This document shows, in pieces, positions 27,470 to 35,300 of a DNA stretch of 40,000 nt; the stretch's first letter is position 1; every line of letters begins with the position of its first letter. The notes beneath the pieces are model-generated. The model was not told the DNA's origin. It was given only the letters and a program-made list of their open reading frames with translations, and ran no database searches. Origin of the DNA: Kehishuvirus sp. 'tikkala'; sequence record OQ198717.1; one strand, 5' to 3'. The translations under genes were made by a program, and so were the position numbers.

Positions 27470-28216
27470 CTAAAACAAGTATCTTATATCAGCACCAAGC
27501 ATTTTGGCTGCTTTCTTGGCATCCTCAGCATTCTTGAAGTACACAATACCTGCATATTGTACAGTCTTGTGTTCATAGATTGCAATACCATGTGTAAGGT
27601 CAACCTGAGCAATCACTGCTGAACCACCCATAGATGATTTACCAATGAAGTAGCCAGTCTTACCTGCACCCATCTCCCATGAACCATTGAGATACTTAGC
27701 TATGATAGCCAATTTACCATTGGTCAATACTTTACCACCATCACCATGAGGTATAGTCAGACCAACTGTGTCCTTGTCTATACATGACTTCATGTATTCA
27801 TACCCAATCAATTCACTCTCTGCATAGGCATTCAATGCTAATGTACGGAGAGTTGTGTTACCACTGTTGTACCATTCTCTTGCTTGTTCAAGAGTTACTG
27901 AGATATTTCTTGCTTCCATGTTATTTCTTTGTTTATCAATGTCAAAATCACTTCCATTCAAGGGTAGTGTACACATAATTTTTGTACCATTCAACCTTGA
28001 GGGTTCAATGACCTTGAGAGTGATGCCATTTTGCACCTGAGCTGTATTTCTATTCCAACTTACTACTTGCATAGAAGTAGAATATCTGTTGTCTTCAATA
28101 ATGTCACCAGCTTGAATTATGTCATAAGGACACAGAAACATATATTGTTTCATACCTTTAAGCTCTGAATTACTCAACTTCTTGTTTGTAAAAACTACAT
28201 AAATTGTCCGTACCAT
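27470..28216 (-). CDS. hypothetical protein
   Basis: 248-aa ORF. Confidence 0.65.
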   Translation of the reverse strand: MVRTIYVVFTNKKLSNSELKGMKQYMFLCPYDIIQAGDIIEDNRYSTSMQVVSWNRNTAQVQNGITLKVIEPSRLNGTKIMCTLPLNGSDFDIDKQRNNMEARNISVTLEQAREWYNSGNTTLRTLALNAYAESELIGYEYMKSCIDKDTVGLTIPHGDGGKVLTNGKLAIIAKYLNGSWEMGAGKTGYFIGKSSMGGSAVIAQVDLTHGIAIYEHKTVQYAGIVYFKNAEDAKKAAKMLGADIRYLF

Positions 28217-28227
28217 TTGATTATAAT

Positions 28228-28458
28228 TTAATTGAATTTATCATCAAGGTGATTGAGATACTTGTTAAATGTAAGTATCTCAAGCTCCTCTTTGTTAATA
28301 GTTTTATAACACACTCCAATAAGTATTAATACAAGTATAAGACCATGAAAGAAATATCCATTGTCATAAATACTATCAATACCCATCATATATAATAAGG
28401 TGACAAGAGTGGTTACATATAGTAACACACCCTTGATAATTAGTTTGAATGTTTTCAT
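28228..28458 (-). CDS. small membrane protein
   Basis: 76-aa ORF with two hydrophobic segments. Confidence 0.6.
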   Translation of the reverse strand: MKTFKLIIKGVLLYVTTLVTLLYMMGIDSIYDNGYFFHGLILVLILIGVCYKTINKEELEILTFNKYLNHLDDKFN

Positions 28459-28462
28459 TGTT

Positions 28463-28837
28463 TTAGTCTTTATCTGATAATACTAACACAGGTTGATAAC
28501 CTTGTTTATACAGAATAGTAGGCTCATACTCATCCATTAGTCTATCTCTGTCTTCTAATGGTGCTTTTAATATGAGTATTACAGCAGACATAGTTTCCCA
28601 ATCCATTGATATTACTTGATTACTCCATCCATAGTCATAATCAGTATATATCATCCAATATACATAGTCTCTCTTTGATTGAGCACCATGATACTCTACT
28701 ACACTTGAAGGGTTAAAGGTAGCATAGTTCCATGTATCATCAGGTTCAGTGTATCTAACAATAGGCTCAAACTTCACACAACTACAAGCTACTGTTAATA
28801 ACAGTATGCTCATAATAAGTTTAATTATTGTTTTCAT
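28463..28837 (-). CDS. putative lipoprotein
   Basis: MKTIIKLIMSILLLTVACSCVKFEP: signal sequence and lipobox-like Cys. Confidence 0.65.
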   Translation of the reverse strand: MKTIIKLIMSILLLTVACSCVKFEPIVRYTEPDDTWNYATFNPSSVVEYHGAQSKRDYVYWMIYTDYDYGWSNQVISMDWETMSAVILILKAPLEDRDRLMDEYEPTILYKQGYQPVLVLSDKD

Positions 28838-28838
28838 T

Positions 28839-29048
28839 TTAAATCTCTTTTAATAATTGAGTTAGATAATCAATTCTATCTTGTCTTGAAGGAGAATAGG
28901 AAGTATAAGAAGCATCTTGCTTTCTTTCTAAGTCCCATATTTCTTCTTGTATCTCAGCCCTTCTTCTATCTCTTTCAGAAGGTTTTCCTACACCATATTG
29001 TAGGAGGAATAATCCTACTACAATAATTACAAATATGAATACATCCAT
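28839..29048 (-). CDS. small single-TM protein
   Basis: MDVFIFVIIVVGLFLLQYGVGKPSERDRRR. Confidence 0.55.
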   Translation of the reverse strand: MDVFIFVIIVVGLFLLQYGVGKPSERDRRRAEIQEEIWDLERKQDASYTSYSPSRQDRIDYLTQLLKEI

Positions 29049-29254
29049 TATCTCTTTCTTTTGTATTTATTAAACTCTTTTCTTGCTAATTCTCCCTTAT
29101 AGAATGTCTGCATAGTTATACTATTGTCTGATGCAATTACTATTGACCATTCAAAAGCATGTGTCCCGAACAGTGAAACTGTTCTTCCTAAAGCGTCTGT
29201 AACTGTAGCTCTCAATGTGGAGTCACAATTCTCTCTTTTAAATTTCTTAGCCAT
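29048..29254 (-). CDS. hypothetical protein
   Basis: Start MAKKFKREN chosen; the upstream part of the tracked ORF reads through a tRNA-like gene. Confidence 0.5.
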   Translation of the reverse strand: MAKKFKRENCDSTLRATVTDALGRTVSLFGTHAFEWSIVIASDNSITMQTFYKGELARKEFNKYKRKR

Positions 29255-29284
29255 GTGTTTATAAGTTAATTTGTTAATAATTGA

Positions 29285-29373
29285 AGCACATACTGGACTT
29301 GAACCAGTGACCTTCACATAACTACCTTTAATTAATCATTATGTGATGTTCTAACCACTGAACTAATGTGCCT
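29285..29373 (-). tRNA. tRNA-like gene with an abnormally large anticodon-arm loop, isotype unassigned
   Basis: Acceptor GGCACAT/ATGTGCT, D-arm GTTCAGTGGTTAGAAC, T-arm ACTGG TTCAAGT CCAGT all good; between them TCACA-(23 nt)-TGTGA instead of a 7-nt loop. Confidence 0.6.
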
Positions 29374-30305
29374 TTGATTCTTGAGTTTATCTATTTGCAG
29401 AGGTGTACTGTTCCTTAAATAGGCTGACTTTCTTTTTATTGCTCCTTTACTCGGTAAATAGTTATAAATCCCTCGGGGATACTTGGTAATATACCACCTG
29501 TTGCATAGGAAGTAATTAAATTACTCTTGATACTCAGTGGACTCAACCCTGTATGTGCCTTCATTTATAATATTTTCATCTTTCAGGTGGATGTTTGTTG
29601 TGTCCCCTAAGTGGTCAACACATGAAATAGCATCACTCAATATCTTACTCTATTTTATTATATTAGTCATTTTCTTAACACATTTTAATGGCATGTGTCT
29701 TGTCAAATGCTACTATTATTCACATCTGATTGCCTAAATTAGCCCATTGGTATGCTTACTGTGTGCTTATTATATGCCTTTTTGTGGTCCAATTAAACTA
29801 AAAGCACTGTTTAGTCTAACAATGTAACCAGTAAATCCAGTTATTCTATTACTCCTCTTTTTCTTTTTGACATGTCTTTGAATGTGGCATAATGTGGTGA
29901 GAATATTACAGAGTAACACTCACTCTTCCACACTTTCACACTATCAATAAACATAGAAAGAAAGCATAGAGAAAGGACATTTAAGACCCATTCATTCTTG
30001 CACTCTTTTATAGTCTTCAAAGCATAAAGAAAGACTACTCAAAGCATACAATATTCTTCTAAGTACTATTAATGCTCAGGAAGAGAAATGGTATATTGGA
30101 CAGAGATTAAATCTCCATCCAACAATTAGCCATCCAAACAAATGTAGAATCAGCATGATTCATGTACCATTTATTATTCTCAGAATATTGCTTTGAAAAG
30201 CTTCATCAGAAGCTATACTTGATGTATGACCATCTAACCAAATTATCTTGTCCATAACTATTAATGCTTAAAGATACTATTTAATGCTCAGAAGAATAGA
30301 AAGAA

Positions 30306-30323
30306 AGAGGGCAAATGCCCTCC
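30306..30323 (-). terminator. terminator after 86-aa ORF (also duplicated at +740)
   Basis: Minus strand GAGGGCATTTGCCCTC followed by TTTCTTTCT. Confidence 0.6.
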
Positions 30324-30327
30324 TCCA

Positions 30328-30588
30328 TTAGAATGTTGCCAACACTGGTGCACCACCTGTGCCTTCTTCATGCAATAACCAGAATGAGCTACCATCAGGT
30401 GCTTCAACATTTGACACCATTGGATGTGCAGGAATACCCTTCACTGCAACTGCTCCTGTCTTTGCACCAAATGTGAAGAACAGCTTGTTGGTCTTAGGAT
30501 TCTGTTTTACTTGAATCTTGTCTACATGTTGAGCTGCTTTAAACTGTTCAACTGTCAATGTCTCACGGAATTTTAACTGATTGTCCAT
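30328..30588 (-). CDS. 86-aa hypothetical protein, duplicate copy A
   Basis: MDNQLKFRETLTVEQFKAAQHVDK...; identical to copy B. Confidence 0.7.
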   Translation of the reverse strand: MDNQLKFRETLTVEQFKAAQHVDKIQVKQNPKTNKLFFTFGAKTGAVAVKGIPAHPMVSNVEAPDGSSFWLLHEEGTGGAPVLATF

Positions 30589-30844
30589 AATTGTAAATGT
30601 TTAATTGTTAATGAATAAATTGTTTAACCATAGGGGGTATGACCCCACTGGCTAAGTGATGGGTTCCACACTTTCACACTATCAATAAACATAGAAAGAA
30701 AGCATAGAGAAAGGACATTTAAGACCCATTCATTCTTGCACTCTTTTATAGTCTTCAAAGCATAAAGAAAGACTACTCAAAGCATACAATATTCTTCTAA
30801 GTACTATTAATGCTCAGGAAGAGAAATGGTATATTGGACAGAGA

Positions 30845-30994
30845 TTAAATCTCCATCCAACAATTAGCCATCCAAACAAATGTAGAATCAGCATGATTCA
30901 TGTACCATTTATTATTCTCAGAATATTGCTTTGAGAAAGCTTCATCAGAAGCTATACTTGATGTATGACCATCTAACCAAATTATCTTGTCCAT
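30845..30994 (-). CDS. 49-aa micro-ORF intact only in repeat copy B
   Basis: Own translation: MDKIIWLDGHTSSIASDEAFSKQYSENNKWYMNHADSTFVWMANCWMEI*. Confidence 0.5.
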   Translation of the reverse strand: MDKIIWLDGHTSSIASDEAFSKQYSENNKWYMNHADSTFVWMANCWMEI

Positions 30995-31067
30995 AACTAT
31001 TAATGCTTAAAAGATACTATTTAATGCTCAGAAGAATAGAAAGAAAGAGGGCAAATGCCCTCCTCCA

Positions 31068-31328
31068 TTAGAATGTTGCCAACACTGGTGCACCACCTGT
31101 GCCTTCTTCATGCAATAACCAGAATGAGCTACCATCAGGTGCTTCAACATTTGACACCATTGGATGTGCAGGAATACCCTTCACTGCAACTGCTCCTGTC
31201 TTTGCACCAAATGTGAAGAACAGCTTGTTGGTCTTAGGATTCTGTTTTACTTGAATCTTGTCTACATGTTGAGCTGCTTTAAACTGTTCAACTGTCAATG
31301 TCTCACGGAATTTTAACTGATTGTCCAT
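31068..31328 (-). CDS. 86-aa hypothetical protein, duplicate copy B
   Basis: Identical translation to 30328..30588. Confidence 0.7.
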   Translation of the reverse strand: MDNQLKFRETLTVEQFKAAQHVDKIQVKQNPKTNKLFFTFGAKTGAVAVKGIPAHPMVSNVEAPDGSSFWLLHEEGTGGAPVLATF

Positions 31329-31475
31329 AATTGTAAATGTTTAATTGTTAATGAATAAATTGTTTAACCATAGGGGGTATGACCCCACTGGCTAAGTGAT
31401 GGGGGAGGTGGGGTTGGTGTATATCTCCCTCATGACTATGAATCAAAAAAAAAATTAAAAAAAAAAATTAAATTA

Positions 31476-31507
31476 TTTGGATAGTATCTACTATATACTT
31501 ATCTTTG
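31476..31507 (+). promoter_or_regulatory. Bacteroidota-type promoter
   Basis: TTTG-N20-TATCTTTG, 16 nt upstream of the ATG at 31524. Confidence 0.7.
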
Positions 31508-31523
31508 ACCAAAAATTAAAAGT

Positions 31524-31829
31524 ATGAAAGAGAAGAGTTATAATTTATTTGGGAGTACTTGGAAAATACAGTTTGTAGATGAAGTAGTTGGTGAAAATAA
31601 TAAGTGGTTATTTGGAGAAACAGAGAGTCCTTCAAGAGTAATAACTGTCAGCATAAAGAAGCCTGATGGTAGTAAACTTTCAAAGGATGAAATTGAACTT
31701 ACTGTGCTACATGAGATAGTACATTCTATATTCCAAACTGGACAATATATGAGTTGTGATAATGATGAACCATTAGTAGAATGGACTGCAAGATGTTTAA
31801 AAGCCTTAAAAGAACAGCATATTATATAG
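31524..31829 (+). CDS. small HExxH metallopeptidase-like protein
   Basis: LTVLHEIVHSIFQTG...EPLVEWTARCL: zincin-like motif plus downstream Glu. Confidence 0.7.
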   Translation: MKEKSYNLFGSTWKIQFVDEVVGENNKWLFGETESPSRVITVSIKKPDGSKLSKDEIELTVLHEIVHSIFQTGQYMSCDNDEPLVEWTARCLKALKEQHII

Positions 31830-31866
31830 TCAATAGTTAAACTTTCATAAATAATAGTCCCAGATT

Positions 31867-31898
31867 TGGATATGTCATTTATTTTTTGTATGTTTGCA
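31867..31898 (+). promoter_or_regulatory. Bacteroidota-type promoter
   Basis: TTTG-N20-TATGTTTG. Confidence 0.55.
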
Positions 31899-32204
31899 CC
31901 ATAATAATGAGACTTCCTATTAGTAGATACATTGGTTCAGCCAACATGGGAAAGTAAAGGATACCATTAGCAGGGCACAGGTAATGAACCCTTGAGATAA
32001 ATAAGAGGAGAACTAATAGTATATAAACGGGTGTATCTGCTGGTCTATAGGAGTAAGAATCTGGTTAATCCAGTCTAATGCAGTGAGAAATGTCTGTAGG
32101 GTCTCTTATTATATGAAACTAAGGTTTTACTCCTTATTTACTTTAGTTAGTTAAAGATAAAATAGGAGGGAGGGATAACTATGTCCAATTTTAAATGAAA
32201 CAAT

Positions 32205-32354
32205 ATGAAGACAGTTAAGAAGGTTAAGAATGAGACTATAAATATAGTTGAATGTGATGGTGCTGTATGTGTATCTATGAATCATAATGATGATAGGTAT
32301 TATGCACAAGGAGTTAGTTCAAGAATGTTAGATGTAAAGAGACATAAGGTATGA
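32205..32354 (+). CDS. 49-aa protein, unlisted
   Basis: Own translation: MKTVKKVKNETINIVECDGAVCVSMNHNDDRYYAQGVSSRMLDVKRHKV*; ATGA overlap with the next ORF. Confidence 0.55.
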   Translation: MKTVKKVKNETINIVECDGAVCVSMNHNDDRYYAQGVSSRMLDVKRHKV

Positions 32355-32743
32355 AATGGTTAAGTAACTTCTTACTTTGGTTGTGGCAATTCCCACAGAA
32401 TTATATAGCATTCTTGGTCTATAGTTGCTTAGGATATTTGTGTTATTATGGCAAGGAATACTATGGAAGGCATGTAATTTACAGCAATTATATTGCATCA
32501 AGTTTTTCATTAGGTGATTATATCTTTGCTCTTCCTAACTCTCCAGAAGAAGTACTTAGACATGAATTAGGTCACTCATACCAGTCTCAGTTATTAGGAT
32601 GGTTGTATATTCCAGTGATAGTTATCCCCTCAGTCTTACATAATTTATATTGTGGGATTGTAAGAAAGATGGGGTATAGACCTAATTATTATAGCTTCTA
32701 CACAGAGAAATGGGCAGATAAATTGGTTGAGAAAGTGGGATAA
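32351..32743 (+). CDS. membrane protein with HExxH motif (HELGH)
   Basis: Hydrophobic N-terminus; EEVLRHELGHSYQSQLLGW...TEKWADKL. Confidence 0.7.
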   Translation: MKWLSNFLLWLWQFPQNYIAFLVYSCLGYLCYYGKEYYGRHVIYSNYIASSFSLGDYIFALPNSPEEVLRHELGHSYQSQLLGWLYIPVIVIPSVLHNLYCGIVRKMGYRPNYYSFYTEKWADKLVEKVG

Positions 32744-32887
32744 TTCTTTATTGATTAGTCTCTTAAAGCTATTATCTAATATTCTCTTCTGGAGTATTTT
32801 CATATTATCTTGAAAATAATTAGTGAAAGATTTGCATATCTCAAATATTTGACTTATCTTTGCATCATGATTAGAAGATAAGAACAT

Positions 32888-32959
32888 TGTTCCATAGTAT
32901 AATGGCTATTACACCTGATTTTGGCTCAAGTAATGTAGGTTCAATTCCTGCTGGAACAA
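32888..32959 (+). tRNA. tRNA-Gln(TTG)
   Basis: TGTTCCA/TGGAACA acceptor; loop TTTTGGC; T-arm GTAGG TTCAATT CCTGC. Confidence 0.8.
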
Positions 32960-32967
32960 CAATAAAT

Positions 32968-33038
32968 GCCCTGTTGGTGTAATGGAAGCACAAGACTCTT
33001 CTAAAGTTTTAGATAAGGTTCGAGTCCTTAATGGGGTA
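32968..33038 (+). tRNA. tRNA-Arg(TCT)
   Basis: GCCCTGT/ATGGGGT; AGACT CTTCTAA AGTTT; TAAGG TTCGAGT CCTTA. Confidence 0.8.
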
Positions 33039-33119
33039 CTTTTGAAGGTGGATTTTTTTTTTGTTTCATGATTTTTAAAGAGTGGACTATCTGGTCTGTG
33101 AAGATAGGATAGTCAAAAT

Positions 33120-33193
33120 GGTGGGTTGGACAAATTGGTTAAGTCACTGCCCTTTCAAGGCAGTCATTAGGGGTTCAAATCCCCTACCCATTA
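33120..33193 (+). tRNA. tRNA-Glu(TTC)
   Basis: GGTGGGT/ACCCATT; CTGCC CTTTCAA GGCAG; AGGGG TTCAAAT CCCCT. Confidence 0.8.
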
Positions 33194-33308
33194 CAAACCA
33201 AGTCTCTTTAAGGGTTTCTCTGTGGTGGCACTTGATATAAGAGTAAATCCTTAGCTATCTGAAAAGATAAAAACTACTCTTAGAAGTACAATAAGAGTAG
33301 GCTTAAAT

Positions 33309-33381
33309 AGTGTATGTAGCATAGTGGTTAATGTGCTGGACTGTCAATCCAGAGATTAGGGTTCAATTCCCTCATACACTG
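33309..33381 (+). tRNA. tRNA-Asp(GTC)
   Basis: AGTGTAT/ATACACT; CTGGA CTGTCAA TCCAG; GGGTTCAATTCCC. Confidence 0.85.
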
Positions 33382-33433
33382 CAATTATTAGTTCTTTTCA
33401 AAAGTCCTCTGCCAAAGAGTTGGAGAGGCAAAT

Positions 33434-33518
33434 GGAGAAGGAACTCAGAGGGTCTGGGAACTGTCTTGAAAACAGATTGGTCATTTATTTGGCTGGGGGT
33501 CGGGACCTCCTTTCTCCG
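33434..33518 (+). tRNA. probable tRNA-Ser(TGA), variant T-loop
   Basis: GGAGAAG/TTTCTCC; CTGT CTTGAAA ACAG; variable arm GGTC-ATTTATTT-GGCT; discriminator G; T-loop GTCGGGA is not consensus. Confidence 0.5.
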
Positions 33519-33522
33519 CATT

Positions 33523-33837
33523 ATGATACAGATATTAAGGAAAGAAGGCTGGGAGTTAAATCCCAATGATAAGGTAGTAAATGCTATACTAAGAAGATGT
33601 GAGGCTAATAATGGAGAATGCCCCTGTCATAATACAGGTAAGGATAAAAGATGTCCTTGTTCTGATTATAGAGAGAATGATGTTTGTCATTGTAGTTTAT
33701 ACATTAAAAGGGAACAGTTGATTCCAAGTATAGATTTAAGTAAGATACCAAGTGGTATGGACATAGAAGCCTTTGTTAAGGCTTGGCAAACTGCACAGGA
33801 ATCTCCACTAATAGTGGTTGAAGGTGTGCCTCAGTAA
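33523..33837 (+). CDS. ferredoxin:thioredoxin reductase catalytic-domain-like Cys-rich protein
   Basis: ECPCHNTGKDKRCPCSDYRENDVCHCSLYIK: CPC...CPC-x8-CHC arrangement. Start MIQILRKEGW chosen because the longer ORF overlaps tRNA genes. Confidence 0.7.
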   Translation: MIQILRKEGWELNPNDKVVNAILRRCEANNGECPCHNTGKDKRCPCSDYRENDVCHCSLYIKREQLIPSIDLSKIPSGMDIEAFVKAWQTAQESPLIVVEGVPQ

Positions 33838-33838
33838 T

Positions 33839-33925
33839 GGAGGATTAACCCTAATGGTAAGGGAACTGTTTGCTAAACAGTGAGTAGTCTGAAAGGATGT
33901 ATAGGTTCAAATCCTATATCCTCCG
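33839..33925 (+). tRNA. tRNA-Ser(GCT)
   Basis: GGAGGAT/ATCCTCC; ACTGT TTGCTAA ACAGT; long variable arm; discriminator G. Confidence 0.85.
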
Positions 33926-33931
33926 CAATAT

Positions 33932-34004
33932 ATAGTAGTAGCCTAATTGGTGGGGCACTGCATTTGGGATGCAGAGGATGCAGGTTCAAGTCCTGTCTAC
34001 TATA
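33932..34004 (+). tRNA. tRNA-Pro(TGG)
   Basis: ATAGTAG/CTACTAT; CTGCA TTTGGGA TGCAG; GCAGG TTCAAGT CCTGT. Confidence 0.85.
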
Positions 34005-34009
34005 CAAAT

Positions 34010-34083
34010 GGGTCATGTAGTGTAAATGGATAACACACCACTTTTGCAAAGTGGAGTTGGGGTTCAAGTCCCACATGTATCCA
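34010..34083 (+). tRNA. tRNA-Ala(TGC)
   Basis: CCACT TTTGCAA AGTGG; GGGTTCAAGTCCC; acceptor GGGT-CATGT pairs with ACATG-T-ATCC through a bulge; G3:U70. Confidence 0.7.
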
Positions 34084-34151
34084 CTGTTTCATGTTTTCAT
34101 AATGTTTGTTTTTTTTTTACAGGTATTGGGCACACCTTAAGTGCCCTACAC

Positions 34152-34225
34152 TGCTCCTTAGTTCAGTGGTTTAGAATAGCACTTTTACACAGTGAAGGTC
34201 ATTAGTTCGATTCTAATAGGAGCAA
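34152..34225 (+). tRNA. tRNA-Val(TAC)
   Basis: TGCTCCT/AGGAGCA; CACT TTTACAC AGTG; TTAG TTCGATT CTAA. Confidence 0.8.
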
Positions 34226-34231
34226 CTAAAT

Positions 34232-34303
34232 GGGTTGTTAGCTCAATGGTGGAGCAAGTGGCTGTTAACCACGAGGCTATAGGTTCGAGTCCTATACTTC
34301 CCG
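34232..34303 (+). tRNA. tRNA-Asn(GTT)
   Basis: GTGG CTGTTAA CCAC; TATAGGTTCGAGTCCTATA; acceptor GGGTTGT/ACTTCCC has two T:T mismatches. Confidence 0.75.
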
Positions 34304-34324
34304 CAGACTTAGAGAGTAAAAGTC

Positions 34325-34657
34325 ATGAAAGAGATTAGAAGTAAAATGATTGTTGAGGATAGAACTAAGGTGAAAGCAGTTCACTTTAAATATCCTGAAA
34401 TGATGAGTGAGAATGCTCAGGAAGAGATTAAGAATAATTATAATGAATTATTATCTCTTGAAGAGGAACTCTATAGTGCAAGAGAAGTTGTGAGAGAGTT
34501 AGAAAAGAAACTCACAGAAAAGAAAAAGAAGTTTGATGAAAAGACTTTATTGTGTACATTAGAGTTTGAAACAAGTGAGAAAGATATAGTAAACTATGAA
34601 TCTTATGTTCTATTCAAAGGTATGGGTAATGATACATTAGGTCATTATAATACATAA
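34325..34657 (+). CDS. hypothetical coiled-coil protein
   Basis: 110-aa ORF between tRNA genes. Confidence 0.6.
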   Translation: MKEIRSKMIVEDRTKVKAVHFKYPEMMSENAQEEIKNNYNELLSLEEELYSAREVVRELEKKLTEKKKKFDEKTLLCTLEFETSEKDIVNYESYVLFKGMGNDTLGHYNT

Positions 34658-34660
34658 TAT

Positions 34661-34731
34661 GTATCCTTAGTTTAATGGTAGAATGATGGTCTCCAAAACC
34701 ATAGGTAGTAGTTCGATTCTATTAGGGTATG
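34661..34731 (+). tRNA. tRNA-Trp(CCA)
   Basis: GTATCCT/AGGGTAT; ATGGT CTCCAAA ACCAT; AGTAG TTCGATT CTATT. Confidence 0.85.
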
Positions 34732-34737
34732 CTACAT

Positions 34738-34814
34738 TGAGTTGTATCTCCTCTGTCTGATAAGCAGTTGAAAGAGTAATTGGTCACATGTGGGTTCAAT
34801 TCCCACCTTCTCAA
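34738..34814 (+). tRNA. aberrant tRNA-like gene, candidate anticodon GAT
   Basis: TGAGTTG/CTTCTCA ends and good T-arm GTGGG TTCAATT CCCAC; CTGT CTGATAA GCAG arm lies only 8 nt after the acceptor, with TAATTGGTCAC further downstream. Confidence 0.5.
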
Positions 34815-34821
34815 CTTATAT

Positions 34822-34894
34822 TCTGATATACTTCAATAGGTAGAAGGCTGCTCTCATAAGGCAGTAGTTATAGGTTCAAGTCCTATTATCAGAA
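34822..34894 (+). tRNA. tRNA-Met(CAT)
   Basis: TCTGATA/TATCAGA; CTTC-loop-GAAG; CTGCT CTCATAA GGCAG; ATAGG TTCAAGT CCTAT. Confidence 0.85.
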
Positions 34895-34896
34895 CT

Positions 34897-34970
34897 GTGT
34901 TAGTATTTTAATTGGTCAGAAGTCCTGACTGTGAATCAGGAGGGTATGGGTTCAAATCCCATCTAACACC
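34897..34970 (+). tRNA. tRNA-His(GTG)
   Basis: GTGTTAG/CTAACAC; CCTGA CTGTGAA TCAGG; discriminator C. Confidence 0.9.
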
Positions 34971-34977
34971 CCAATAT

Positions 34978-35051
34978 GCTGAGGTAGCACAAGTGGTAAA
35001 TGCAGATGGCTTATATCCATAAGATAGTGGGTTCAAATCCTACCCTCAGTA
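34978..35051 (+). tRNA. tRNA-Ile(TAT)
   Basis: GCTGAGG/CCTCAGT; ATGG CTTATAT CCAT; GTGGG TTCAAAT CCTAC. Confidence 0.75.
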
Positions 35052-35057
35052 CTATTC

Positions 35058-35130
35058 CTCCAGTTGTCTGAATGGTTGAGGTCCCAGTCTGCAAAACTGT
35101 GGTATGGGAGTTCAAGTCTCCCACTGGAGT
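35058..35130 (+). tRNA. tRNA-Cys(GCA)
   Basis: CTCCAGT/ACTGGAG; CAGT CTGCAAA ACTG; GGGAG TTCAAGT CTCCC. Confidence 0.85.
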
Positions 35131-35140
35131 CTTATTAAAT

Positions 35141-35213
35141 ACCTCTATAGCTGAATGGTTAAAGCTGCTCCCTCTTAAGGAGAAGATTCTAAGTTCGATT
35201 CTTAGTGGAGGTA
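35141..35213 (+). tRNA. tRNA-Lys(CTT)
   Basis: ACCTCTA/TGGAGGT; CTCC CTCTTAA GGAG; CTAAG TTCGATT CTTAG. Confidence 0.85.
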
Positions 35214-35218
35214 CATAT

Positions 35219-35290
35219 TCCCCTATAGCAGACAGGTGTAGGCAATAGACTTTTAATCTATGAGGTGAGGTTCAATTCCTCATGGGGGAA
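35219..35290 (+). tRNA. tRNA-Lys(TTT)
   Basis: TCCCCTA/TGGGGGA; ATAGA CTTTTAA TCTAT; TGAGG TTCAATT CCTCA. Confidence 0.85.
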
Positions 35291-35300
35291 CAAATATAAT

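Larger units (their letters stand above)
29926..30663. repeat. tandem direct repeat, copy A (738 bp)
   Basis: Near-identical to 30664..31403, beginning TTCCACACTTTCACACTATC and ending GGCTAAGTGATGGG. Confidence 0.95.
30664..31403. repeat. tandem direct repeat, copy B (740 bp)
   Basis: Offset to copy A is 738 then 740 nt after two 1-nt insertions. Confidence 0.95.

Noticed and set aside
29255-29317. N-terminal extension MKVTGSSPVCASIINKLTYKH of the tracked 89-aa ORF
   Set aside because: Overlaps the T-arm of the tRNA-like gene (the phrase GSSPVCAS is typical of tRNA antisense or read-through); MAKKFKREN is the better start.
29926-31403. CRISPR array
   Set aside because: Only two long adjacent units with no short repeat-spacer periodicity; this is a tandem duplication.
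33331-33522. N-terminal extension of the 168-aa plus-strand ORF
   Set aside because: Starts inside tRNA-Asp and reads through the probable tRNA-Ser; the real protein more likely starts at MIQILRKEGW (33523).
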